A stretch of DNA of 64,000 bases. It comes from an uncultured bacterium. GTDB taxonomy: Bacteria; Krumholzibacteriota; Krumholzibacteriia; LZORAL124-64-63. Positions within the stretch are counted from its first letter, which is position 1, and every line of letters begins with the position of its first letter. Positions 1 to 9,608 of the stretch are shown here, in pieces. The notes under the pieces are model-generated. The model worked only from the letters and a program-made list of their open reading frames with translations, was not told the DNA's origin and searched no databases. Made by a program: the position numbers and the translations under genes. The DNA is taken from contig CAVSGO010000007.1 in the NCBI GenBank assembly GCA_963727525.1, positions 352,001 to 416,000 of the forward strand, read 5' to 3'.

Positions 1-278
1 TCGAGGTCGAGCAGGAAGAGGGCCTCCGGCACGGCCTCGATGATCTCGCGCAGCCGCAACTCGTTGGACAGCAGCTTCTTCTCGGCATTCCGGGTGAGGA
101 AGAACACGAGGAGCGCGCTGGCGGTGACGAAGCAGAGCCCCTTGAGCGTTTGGGCGCGGGCCAGGGATCCGAAGTCGGGAAACAGACCGGTCACGATGCG
201 GTCGGAAGCGAGGATCCAGAGTGCACTGAAGATGATGTATATGAGCGCGATGCGATGCGCATTCCAGCGTCCGGCCAA
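1..278 (-). CDS. N-terminal part of a membrane-anchored PAS-domain sensor (histidine kinase or diguanylate cyclase); runs off the window
   Basis: Manual translation from TTG at 278 (GGAGG upstream): MAGRWNAHRIALIYIIFSALWILASD...QTLKGLCFVTASALLVFFL...RLREIIEAVPEALFLLDL. Two TM helices followed by the start of a PAS domain; not in the ORF track because it is open at the edge. Confidence 0.75.
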   Translation of the reverse strand, partial: MAGRWNAHRIALIYIIFSALWILASDRIVTGLFPDFGSLARAQTLKGLCFVTASALLVFFLTRNAEKKLLSNELRLREIIEAVPEALFLLDL

Positions 279-480
279 GATCTCACCCTCCGTCTTTATC
301 ACCGCCGCGTGACGAATCTAGCACGATCACCCGGAAACGACCACGGATTCCCCCGGGCAACGGGAGGCCCGGGATCGAGGAGATATTGACTCCCACTACC
401 GGGGCCCTTAGGATCCGGGCCGGCGGGAGCCACGGTCAGCGGCTCAGCGAAACCCGGCGGGAACGAGGACGCGGTTGACG

Positions 481-2601
481 ATGGCACGTGCGCGCACAGG
501 GATGGCGAGCGTCGGTGTCGGATTGGCCCTGAGCGCGCTCGTGGCCTGCCGTACCGACACGCCGACGCCGCCGCAAGAAGACGGGGCCACCACCGGCGTA
601 CTGGACGTGCTCGTTCAGAACGGCGGCGGCCAGGCGATGGCGGGGGCCTCGATCGAGACCCGCCCCGCATCCCGGACCGCCGCGACCGACAGCCTCGGGC
701 GGGCCATTCTCGCCGACGTTCCGGTCGGTCTCTACAGTGTCTGGGCCGTGGTGTCCTCGGTCGGATCCGGTGTGGCTGTGGCCGAGGTGCGGGGCGATGC
801 CGTCACCTCCGTCACCGTCACCGTGCAGCCCGGCCAGTTTCCCCAGCCGGCCGCCTTCATCGCCGCCCCGCAGGACAGCACCGCGGTCTCGTACATCGAC
901 ACACTGACGTTCGTCGGGATCGTCACCGATCTTGCGGATCCGCCCTCCGCAATGCGCGTGCAATGGTGGAGCAACCGGGACGGCCTGCTCGCGGATCTGG
1001 CCGGCACCGCTGATGACGGCACCACCGGATTGACCACGGATCAGCTCAGCCGCGGCTGGCACTGGATCAAGCTCCAGGCAACGAATACGAGTGGGTTCAC
1101 CGGGGCCGACAGCATCCGCGTGGCCATCGTGGCGCGGCCTCCCGTGGCGACCTGTGACACGACGACCGTCGGTTACGCGCCTGGAGAGCTCGCGACCGTG
1201 ACGGCGCATGTGTCGGACCACGAAACCCCCGCGCCGGATCTGATGGCAACGTGGTCGAGCGACCGTGACGGCGATCTGGGCACCACCACTGTGGCGGCCG
1301 ACGGTACAACCCGGCTCGAGACGCGCGACCTGAGCTTCGGCGTGCATGCCATCACCGTCACCGTCACCGACCGGGACACGCTGCAGGCCAGGGCGACGGT
1401 GGCTCTGGTCAACGCACTGCCGCCGCCGCCGCAGGGATTCGTGGCCAGCGCTGCACGCGGCACCGTGTCGCTGTCCTGGCAAGCCACCGCGGCGCCGCGG
1501 TTCGTGCGCTACGAGATCTACCGCCGCGTGGGCGATGGTGTGCCGGCCGAGCTGATCGCGACCATCACCGACGCCGATGCGATGTCGTACACGGATACGC
1601 AGGCGCCGCTCGTCGTCGCAGCCGACTACGATCTGCGCGTCATCAACGATCTGGGCTACGTGCGGGCGAGCGCGTGGGTGACGGTGGCCGATCCCGGCGG
1701 TCTGCCGCTGGTCGATCTCCCGGACGATGCCGCGATGGATCCCGGCGGCACCTGGCTCTACCTGCGCACCGGCTCGCGTCTGAGCCAGATCGACCTCGCG
1801 ACGCTGACGCTGGTGGCCGAGACGACCGTGGGCGCCGTGGACGGCTGGCTCACGGTGGCCGATACGGGGGAGGGCGTGGAGGTCGTAGTACCGGGATCCG
1901 ACGGCGAGGTCCGCTTCTACGACGCGAAGATCCTCGCGTCCCATGGGAGCCTCGCCACCGGGCGTCCAGTGCGTAGCGTCGCCGTCGACACCGGAGGCTT
2001 GCTCTACACGTCGGTGCATCCGGCCACGGCCGACGACCTGCCCCTGCGGGTGTATCAGCGCGCCACGGGTTCGCTGATCGACGGCGGCGGCCACCGTGCG
2101 TCGGCGCGCATCTTACGTCTGCATGGCCGCCATGAGGCCGTGGAGATCAGCGTGGGTCAGACACCGGCCGATCTCGACTACTACCGCTTCGATGGGGAGG
2201 GGCACCTGGTCGATCACACCACCAGTCCCGAGACGATGCTCGATGCCGCCGTGATGCGCGTGGCGGAGAACGGCGGCTACCTGATCACCGGCGCGCGCGG
2301 CGCGATTTTCGTCGGGGACAGGAGCCTGGCCTACCGCGGCGACCTCACCGCGACCGAAGGCGCCTACCGGGACTTCGCCACCGTGGCCGACGGGTCCGTG
2401 ATCTACGCCGCCGCCGCGGAGGCCCCGCGGATCGACATCTACCGCTATCCCAACTCCGCGGTGACCGGCACCCGGACCACGCGTTGCCTCCCGGCGGTCA
2501 TCCTGCGCCACGGCGATGAGTTGGTGGTCGTGGGGACGCTCGCGCAGCCCTCGGGCGCGGCGACCGCCGGGGTCGAGGTCGTCCCCCTTTCCGGCGACTG
2601 A
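481..2601 (+). CDS. Putative lipoprotein: carboxypeptidase-regulatory-like beta-sandwich, two Ig-like repeats, FN3-like domain, C-terminal beta-propeller-like region
   Basis: Lipobox LSALVA-C; 'ATDSLGRAILADVPVGLY'; internal repeat W.S.RDG.L...DGTT.L.T..LS.G.H.I; 'VSLSW...YEIYR' FN3 pattern. Start could be 475, 481 or 502. Confidence 0.65.
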   Translation: MARARTGMASVGVGLALSALVACRTDTPTPPQEDGATTGVLDVLVQNGGGQAMAGASIETRPASRTAATDSLGRAILADVPVGLYSVWAVVSSVGSGVAVAEVRGDAVTSVTVTVQPGQFPQPAAFIAAPQDSTAVSYIDTLTFVGIVTDLADPPSAMRVQWWSNRDGLLADLAGTADDGTTGLTTDQLSRGWHWIKLQATNTSGFTGADSIRVAIVARPPVATCDTTTVGYAPGELATVTAHVSDHETPAPDLMATWSSDRDGDLGTTTVAADGTTRLETRDLSFGVHAITVTVTDRDTLQARATVALVNALPPPPQGFVASAARGTVSLSWQATAAPRFVRYEIYRRVGDGVPAELIATITDADAMSYTDTQAPLVVAADYDLRVINDLGYVRASAWVTVADPGGLPLVDLPDDAAMDPGGTWLYLRTGSRLSQIDLATLTLVAETTVGAVDGWLTVADTGEGVEVVVPGSDGEVRFYDAKILASHGSLATGRPVRSVAVDTGGLLYTSVHPATADDLPLRVYQRATGSLIDGGGHRASARILRLHGRHEAVEISVGQTPADLDYYRFDGEGHLVDHTTSPETMLDAAVMRVAENGGYLITGARGAIFVGDRSLAYRGDLTATEGAYRDFATVADGSVIYAAAAEAPRIDIYRYPNSAVTGTRTTRCLPAVILRHGDELVVVGTLAQPSGAATAGVEVVPLSGD

Positions 2602-2820
2602 TTCTCGATTTCGCATTCCCTCGCCTCGATTCCCCATTCTGATCCCTTTCGAGAAACGACGCCGACTGGCACGCGCCTTGAGGAAGGTGTGCAGGATCTG
2701 GGGACCGGCACACGGCAAACCCACATTCTCAACGGTTCTCGACGGTCGGCGTTCGCGAAATGCGGCGCGACCGCGACGACGAATCGCAAAACGCAAGCGT
2801 ACAGGGGATCGAGAGCACCC

Positions 2821-5800
2821 ATGAAGACACCCGAGCGCATCCTCCAGGGATTGATCTTGCTGGCCGTCGCGGTGGGCCTGCCTGCCGCCGCCCTGGCCTT
2901 CGATCACCTCGAGATCACGGTGGTCAATCCTCACATCGTGGCCGGAAGACCGGCGGTGACCGTGCAGACGCCCTTCAGCGTCCAGGTGCGCGCCGTCAAT
3001 GGTGACGGTTCCACGGACACCAATGCCGACTTCATCAACGCCCAGCTGCAGTCGCCTGACGTGGCCGCCAATCTTCCGGCGTCCGCGTATCTGCAGAACG
3101 GTGAGCGGCAGTTCGACGGGGTCACCTTCCTAGCGCCGGGACAGCCGGTGCGCCTGCGTGTGTTCGACGCCGACGACGCCTCGGTGCCGACGGCCGAGGT
3201 GCAGATCAACTGCTACAACTTCGTGCACCACTTCCAGATTGCGGTGCCAACGGGCAACAAGTACGTCGACCAGGCCGTGAACGTCACCATCACCGCCCTC
3301 GATCAGGCGGGCGGCACGGTGCTGAACTACCGCGACGACGTCGTACTGACCGCACTCGTCGGCCATTTCAGCACCGGACCCAGTATCACGGTGTCGGGCC
3401 TGTCGTTCGCCAACGGCCAGGTCACGGTGCCGGTGACATTCTGGGGCACCGATCCAGTGACGCGCGAGAATACGCTCACGGCCACCGCCACTGTGATGTA
3501 TCCCGGCCAGACGACGCCGGCCGTGGGCAGCGCCGTGGTGTCGCCCCTGCTGCCTGGCCCGCTATCCGACATCATGCTGCTACTGCCGGGCGAGACGCTG
3601 ACACCCGGCGTGAGTCCCGGCAAGTCGGGCACGCCGAACTCCCAGACCTCGGGTGCGAGCTTTGGCGGTATCCGGGTCTACGCCACGGACCAGCGCTGGA
3701 ATCCCGTGATGAGCGGCCCGTATCCGAGCATCGGCTGGAGCAGTGACGATCCGGACGCCGGGGTCGTGCTCCCGCCTGCGGCCGTGATGGTCGGCAACCC
3801 GGAGACGAGCTACACCGCCACCCTGATCCGCTCCGGCACAACCCGCGTGACCGCCGACGCGTCGGGGGCGGTCAGCGCCAACAGCCGCAGCGATGTGGTG
3901 ATCAATCCCGAGGGCCTCGATCACTTCGAGTTCGATACTGGCATCTGGAATCCGACGGATGTGCAGATCACCACGATCCCGTTCAATATCCGCGTCATCG
4001 CGCGCGACTCCAACGGCAACGTCTTTCCCCTGAACGGCCAGGTGAGCCTGCGCGTCCGTATCGGCACGAGCGACGAGAGCGCCGACTACATCATCACGAA
4101 CAACTCCACGTTCCACAACGGCCAGCTCGACGCGCTGATCCAGGTGACCAAGCGCGGATTCTCGGCGCGCATCATCGTGGACAGCGGCGTGGTGGGCGAG
4201 TCGCCGACGTTCCAGGTGAACAACGGCCCCTGCGAGAAGATCCTGATGACCTTCCCGGGCGAGACCTGGGTGAACGGACTCAACGATCCCACCTTCGGGG
4301 GCAATCAGGGCGTGCCCAATGCGGTGGTCGCGGGTTCCATCATCACGCCGGTGACGATCCGTCCGGTCGACCGTTTCAACAACCTCGCGCCGGGTAACCG
4401 CAACGTGACATTCACCTGCCCGACCGGCTGGTTCCAGCTCCCCGACTATCCCGGCAACATCGTCGCCATTTCCAACCCGACCGATATCCGCGTGGTCTTC
4501 CGCACCGCGGTGGGCGCGCAGGTGCTGCGTGCGCAGTCGAGCGGCATCACGGCGAACAACTCGAGCCAGGTGACGGTGGCCCCGGCGGCGTGGAACCGCA
4601 TCGTGGTGCAGGCCCCGGGCGAGACACTGTCGCCGGGCATCTTCGACAGCGTCGAGGACGACGGCAAGCTCGGCGATCCGTCGTCCCAGGACGCCGGCGT
4701 GCCCTTCAACGTGCGCGTGTACGCCACGGACGACTACTGGAACCCCGTGAGCGACAGCTCGCCGGCGCTGCCCATGAGCGTCGACTTCACGAGCAGCGAC
4801 GCGCTGGCGATACTGCCGAGCAACCCGCAGACGCTCAACGACAACGTGGGCGATTTCCAGGTGGCCCTCGTCACCCTGGCCGACCCGAACCGGCAGACCA
4901 TCGAGGTGACCGACCGCCTCACCGGCCACGGTGCGTACACCACGATTCCCGTGCGCGCGGGCGTGATCGATCACTTCGACATCGGCGTCAACAATCATTC
5001 CAATCCCACGCCGGGCGATGTTCTCGATCCGATTCCCGACCATCGCGCCGGAAGCTGGTTGCCCAACGTCACGATCATCGCGCGCGACGTGTTCGGGAAC
5101 CACATCTCCGACTACACCGACGATGTGACGCTGTGGGTGAGCCACGGCACCGGCATACTCACGCCGACCAGTGTCGACATGGGTGCCGGTCTCGGAAGCG
5201 GCACCTACCAGGGCGCCTGGCGCGGACCGATCCAGATCACGCGATCAGGCGTGGACGTGCGGTTATTCGTGCGGGAGGAGACGTACGCTCACACCGACAG
5301 TTCGAACACGTTCACGGTCTTCGCCCAGGCCCAGGACTACGCGAAGATGCTGGTGCTGCTTCCCGGTGAGACGCCGACGCCCGGCATCTTGCCCGGCAAG
5401 GTGGGTACGCCGCTGCCTGTGCAGGCCGGCGACCCCGTGCACGCCACGGTCATGGCTACCGATGCCTGGTTCAACCTGGTGCCGGCGCGGCCGCAAGCGC
5501 ACTTCGCCGACAGCGGCTTCTTCCAGATGGTCACGCCGAACGATCAGGTGCTCGACCCTGATGGCACCGGCGAGATGGACCTCTACTTCAAGAGTGCCGC
5601 GTCGCACGACCTGCGGGTGAACGACCTCGTGACCCCGGCGATCGCCGACACGTCGACGATCTCGGTCACGGCGGGCGCCTTCGACCGCTTGATGGTCCTG
5701 CTGCCTGGCGAGACTCCGCAGCCGGGCGGACCCGAGTCCGACGGCAAGATCGGTACGCCGGCGCCGCAGACGGCCAGCCTCGAGTTCGATGTGCACATCC

Positions 5801-8800
5801 TGGGGACCGACCAGTTCTGGAACCTGGTGACCAATGCCGCCGAGCACGTGCACCTGGCCAGCGACGACGGCTCGCTCACGCCGACCAACCCGCTGAACAA
5901 CGATCAGCCCCTCGTCAGCGGCGAGATCGTCATGCCTATCTACCTCACGTCGCCGGGCTTCGTGACCCTGGCGGGATCGGCCCTCGACCATACCGATATC
6001 ACCGGACAGCAGGTGACGCTGCAGGTGGAGCAGGGGGCGATGTACCAGATCGACACGCCGGCGACGGCCTATGTCGGTCCGCCGAGCAACTTCTCTGTCA
6101 CGATCTCGCTGGTGGACGAGTTTGGCGTGCCCATGCCCGCCGCGAACAATTGGGTCACCATCGAGGCCTTGCGCAGCAACCTCGAGCCGGCTAGCAGCAC
6201 CCTGCAGGTCACCAGCGCGCAGCTCGTGAACGGCACGGTGACGATCGCCGATGAAGCTTACAACACGGTCGAGGACATCGTTGTGCGTATCACCGACATC
6301 TCGGGGCGCACCAGCTACAGCTCGACGATCCAGATGCTGGCCAACGGCCTGGAGTACGTCGTCTCCGCCGGCGGCACGACGCCGCGGGTAGGACCGCCGG
6401 CCACGTTCCCGGTGGCCGTCGTCTTGCGCGACGTGGACACTCATACCGTGATCGACGACGACCGCCGCATCTACGTGGGCGTGAACTCGTCGCTGGGCGG
6501 CCCCGGTCAGGGCGTCGTGGGTGTGGTGAGCCAGCGGCTCGACCATGGCGTGGTGGCGTTCCAGCAGAGCTACACTCGGGCCGAGAACATCTACGTGACG
6601 ATCCAGGACACGACGGGTCTGGATGGGTCGAGTCCCGTGTTCGCCGTCCGTCCCGACGGCTACAAACGTCTCCAGCTCGTGGCGCCCGGCGAGGTGGTGC
6701 AGGCTGGCGTACCGGCCTTCGAGGAGACAGGCAAGTCGGGCATGCCTACCACGCAACGCTCGGGCGAGCCCTTCCCGATGACCGCACGCGCCGTCGATCA
6801 GTACTGGAACCTTGCCGACACCACGAGCGTGGGCATCCTGCGCCTCGTGGCGAGCGACGGATCGTTCAGCGAGGACGGCAACCCCGAAGAAAACTACGTG
6901 CCGTTCATCAATGGCCGGCGCACCTTCAATGGCTATCTCACCGACGAGGGTACGGTGGATGTGACGGTGTACGACGAGCAGGATCTCAACAAACCGTCGC
7001 AGACCACCCACGTGCCGGTGGATCCGCCTTACGAGTACGAGATCACCGTCCCGGCGCAGGCGAGCACGGGACCGGTGCCAGGCTTCCAGGTGACGGTGAA
7101 GCTCGTGGATCCGGTCACCGGCAACGTCGTGCCCACGGCGATGAACCGCTTCCGGCTCATGCCGCTGCTGCCCAATCATGGCGCGGCCAACGGAGTGCTT
7201 GGCACCGTGGAGGGCCAGCTCGTCGGTGGCGTGTGCGTGATCAACCAGCAGAGCTACAGCACGGTCGAGGACATCATCATCCGCGTGGATGACGATTACG
7301 GCCGCGAAGCGTTCAGCTCCGTCATCGAGATGGACAGTGGCGGCCTCTACTACGCGGTGTCGATACCCGATAGTGCCCTGGTCGGACCGCCGGAGACGTT
7401 CAACCTGCGGGTCGAGCTGATCGACAGCAATACCGGCCAGCGCGTCACGACGCAGGATCGTCTGTTCACCATCCAGGTCATGAGCGCCCAGACCGGGCTG
7501 CCGGGCGCGGGCCACCTCGAGGTGTCGCAGGGCATCCTGCAGGCGGGGCTGCGCAACGTGGCCGAGGCCTATAGCCGTTCCGAGGATATCTTCGTCGCCG
7601 TGAGCGACACCTTCGGCGTGACCGGGCTCTCCAACACCTGCCGCATGCTCGCCGACGGGTTCAAACGCATCCAGATCGTGGCGCCGGGCGAGACGCCGGC
7701 GCCCGGCGCGCAGACCGGCACGGGCAAGACCGGCACGCCGCTGACGCAGCAGGCGGAGGTGCCGTTCACCGTGGTCGTGCGCGCTGTCGACCAGTACTGG
7801 AACCTCGTGCGCACGATCGACGACGGCGCCATCCACCTGGCCAGCAGCGGGGGCAACCTTGACATCGTCGATGCCGACGACGTGGACGCGCCGTTCATCG
7901 GCGGCAGCCGCGACATCGGCATCGTGCTCGGCGACCCGGGCCTGGTCTCGGTCTTCGCCACCGACGCGGTGCACGCCGAGGTCAGCTCGGGCCGTGTGGA
8001 CGTACCGGTGAACGAGGCCGAGTACCGCGTGATCCTGCCCTCGCCGGCGGTGGTCACGGCCGGCCCGCCCGCCACGTTCACGCTCACCGTGCGGCTGGTG
8101 AACCCGCTCACGGAGGAGCGGATCAACGCCGGCGGTCAGTTCGAGATGTCAGCGTTGCGGCCCGATCGCTCCGCCGCCACGTCCCAGCTCGGCATCACCG
8201 CCGGCACGCTCGTGGGCGGGGAGGCCGTGATCAGCGGCGAATCATATGCCGCGAGCGAGCCGATCGTGGTGCGGGTCCGCGACACCCGCGGGCGCACCTC
8301 GTACAGCGACGTGCTCACCGTCGTACCGGAAGGCGTTCGTTACGCGGTGGACATGCCCGACAGCGTGATCGCGGGCGAGAGCTTCGAGATGTCGGTGCAG
8401 CGCATCGACATCGTCACTGGACAGCTCGTGACCAGCGACGATCGTACCTTCGTGCTCACGGCCTTCAGCGGTAACTCGCCGCGTCCGAACCCTGCGCTGC
8501 AGCCGGCGGGCATCCTCGCCGACACGGTGGGGACCACCTTGAATGGCGTGAAGGTGTTCGCGCACCAGTCCTACGATCGGGCAGAACCGATCTTCTTCAA
8601 GGTGTCGGATGATACCGGCGAGCAGTATTTCACGGGTGTGATGAACGTGCTGCCGGCGCCGGTCTCGGTGTGTGAACTCAGCGCCGAGGACGTGCCGGGC
8701 CACGAGCTCGATCGCCCGCTGCGGCCCGCGGACCTCGTGTACTTGCAGGTGCGCACCACGGACCGTTGCGGCAACGCCGTGGCCAACCTGCCCATCACCT

Positions 8801-9585
8801 TCGACGTGCTCGATGGTGACGGTGGACTCGGTTCCGTGCGCGCCGCCTCGGCGTCGTTGCCGGCCGACGTCGACGGGCACGCGACCTGCCAGCTCCACGT
8901 GAGCAACTTCGGCAGCGCTGATCTCATGGTGCAGGCGCACGCCGGCGACGCCTACTCGCAGGTGCTGCAGCTCGACGTCCAGGGGCCGCCAATCACCGCG
9001 CTCGAGCTGAACCCGGACGCCACGACCTTCAGCGACGGCTACTACGTGCTACCGGGCACCCGGATCACGCTTGCCACGCGCGTGGTGGGGCCGGATCCGG
9101 TACAGGGCGTGTGGTTCGACGTCGACGTGACCGATACGCCGCGTCCCGGCACCCTGTACGCCGGCGCCTTCAGCCTGGAGTCGCTGGGTGGTGATGCGGC
9201 GCAGCCCGGTGTGCACGTGCTGCGGTTCTTCGCCGAGGAGACCGGAGGCGTGGCCGAGGCGGTGAAGTCCGTGACGCTGTACACGGCGGCCGCCATGACC
9301 ACGGACAGGCAGATCACCAACCGGCCGAATCCGTTCCATGCGGGACGCGAGTCGACCGTCATCCTCTTCAAGCCGGCCGCATCGGGCCCGGTCTCCGTCA
9401 CCATCTACGACCTCTACGGTGATGTGGTACGGACCGACCAGCTCTCGGGGCAGGCCGGCGTGGACAACCAGTACGTCTGGGACGGCCGCAATGGCGATGG
9501 TCGCATCGTCGGCAACGGCGGCTATATCTGCCGCGTGCAAGGCAGCGGCTATGACCTGCGCCGCAAGATCGCGGTGGTGAAGTGA
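2821..9585 (+). CDS. Giant (~2254 aa) secreted repetitive Ig-like surface protein/adhesin with C-terminal FlgD-Ig (T9SS-like) domain
   Basis: Signal peptide MKTPERIL...AALA; about 7 PGET..PG..GK.G.P repeats and 6 Y...GPP..F repeats; C-terminus PNPF...IYDLYG...WDGRNGDG..VGNGGY...IAVVK. Confidence 0.85.
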   Translation: MKTPERILQGLILLAVAVGLPAAALAFDHLEITVVNPHIVAGRPAVTVQTPFSVQVRAVNGDGSTDTNADFINAQLQSPDVAANLPASAYLQNGERQFDGVTFLAPGQPVRLRVFDADDASVPTAEVQINCYNFVHHFQIAVPTGNKYVDQAVNVTITALDQAGGTVLNYRDDVVLTALVGHFSTGPSITVSGLSFANGQVTVPVTFWGTDPVTRENTLTATATVMYPGQTTPAVGSAVVSPLLPGPLSDIMLLLPGETLTPGVSPGKSGTPNSQTSGASFGGIRVYATDQRWNPVMSGPYPSIGWSSDDPDAGVVLPPAAVMVGNPETSYTATLIRSGTTRVTADASGAVSANSRSDVVINPEGLDHFEFDTGIWNPTDVQITTIPFNIRVIARDSNGNVFPLNGQVSLRVRIGTSDESADYIITNNSTFHNGQLDALIQVTKRGFSARIIVDSGVVGESPTFQVNNGPCEKILMTFPGETWVNGLNDPTFGGNQGVPNAVVAGSIITPVTIRPVDRFNNLAPGNRNVTFTCPTGWFQLPDYPGNIVAISNPTDIRVVFRTAVGAQVLRAQSSGITANNSSQVTVAPAAWNRIVVQAPGETLSPGIFDSVEDDGKLGDPSSQDAGVPFNVRVYATDDYWNPVSDSSPALPMSVDFTSSDALAILPSNPQTLNDNVGDFQVALVTLADPNRQTIEVTDRLTGHGAYTTIPVRAGVIDHFDIGVNNHSNPTPGDVLDPIPDHRAGSWLPNVTIIARDVFGNHISDYTDDVTLWVSHGTGILTPTSVDMGAGLGSGTYQGAWRGPIQITRSGVDVRLFVREETYAHTDSSNTFTVFAQAQDYAKMLVLLPGETPTPGILPGKVGTPLPVQAGDPVHATVMATDAWFNLVPARPQAHFADSGFFQMVTPNDQVLDPDGTGEMDLYFKSAASHDLRVNDLVTPAIADTSTISVTAGAFDRLMVLLPGETPQPGGPESDGKIGTPAPQTASLEFDVHILGTDQFWNLVTNAAEHVHLASDDGSLTPTNPLNNDQPLVSGEIVMPIYLTSPGFVTLAGSALDHTDITGQQVTLQVEQGAMYQIDTPATAYVGPPSNFSVTISLVDEFGVPMPAANNWVTIEALRSNLEPASSTLQVTSAQLVNGTVTIADEAYNTVEDIVVRITDISGRTSYSSTIQMLANGLEYVVSAGGTTPRVGPPATFPVAVVLRDVDTHTVIDDDRRIYVGVNSSLGGPGQGVVGVVSQRLDHGVVAFQQSYTRAENIYVTIQDTTGLDGSSPVFAVRPDGYKRLQLVAPGEVVQAGVPAFEETGKSGMPTTQRSGEPFPMTARAVDQYWNLADTTSVGILRLVASDGSFSEDGNPEENYVPFINGRRTFNGYLTDEGTVDVTVYDEQDLNKPSQTTHVPVDPPYEYEITVPAQASTGPVPGFQVTVKLVDPVTGNVVPTAMNRFRLMPLLPNHGAANGVLGTVEGQLVGGVCVINQQSYSTVEDIIIRVDDDYGREAFSSVIEMDSGGLYYAVSIPDSALVGPPETFNLRVELIDSNTGQRVTTQDRLFTIQVMSAQTGLPGAGHLEVSQGILQAGLRNVAEAYSRSEDIFVAVSDTFGVTGLSNTCRMLADGFKRIQIVAPGETPAPGAQTGTGKTGTPLTQQAEVPFTVVVRAVDQYWNLVRTIDDGAIHLASSGGNLDIVDADDVDAPFIGGSRDIGIVLGDPGLVSVFATDAVHAEVSSGRVDVPVNEAEYRVILPSPAVVTAGPPATFTLTVRLVNPLTEERINAGGQFEMSALRPDRSAATSQLGITAGTLVGGEAVISGESYAASEPIVVRVRDTRGRTSYSDVLTVVPEGVRYAVDMPDSVIAGESFEMSVQRIDIVTGQLVTSDDRTFVLTAFSGNSPRPNPALQPAGILADTVGTTLNGVKVFAHQSYDRAEPIFFKVSDDTGEQYFTGVMNVLPAPVSVCELSAEDVPGHELDRPLRPADLVYLQVRTTDRCGNAVANLPITFDVLDGDGGLGSVRAASASLPADVDGHATCQLHVSNFGSADLMVQAHAGDAYSQVLQLDVQGPPITALELNPDATTFSDGYYVLPGTRITLATRVVGPDPVQGVWFDVDVTDTPRPGTLYAGAFSLESLGGDAAQPGVHVLRFFAEETGGVAEAVKSVTLYTAAAMTTDRQITNRPNPFHAGRESTVILFKPAASGPVSVTIYDLYGDVVRTDQLSGQAGVDNQYVWDGRNGDGRIVGNGGYICRVQGSGYDLRRKIAVVK

Positions 9586-9608
9586 TGCAGCGTACGACCG
9601 GAGGCACG

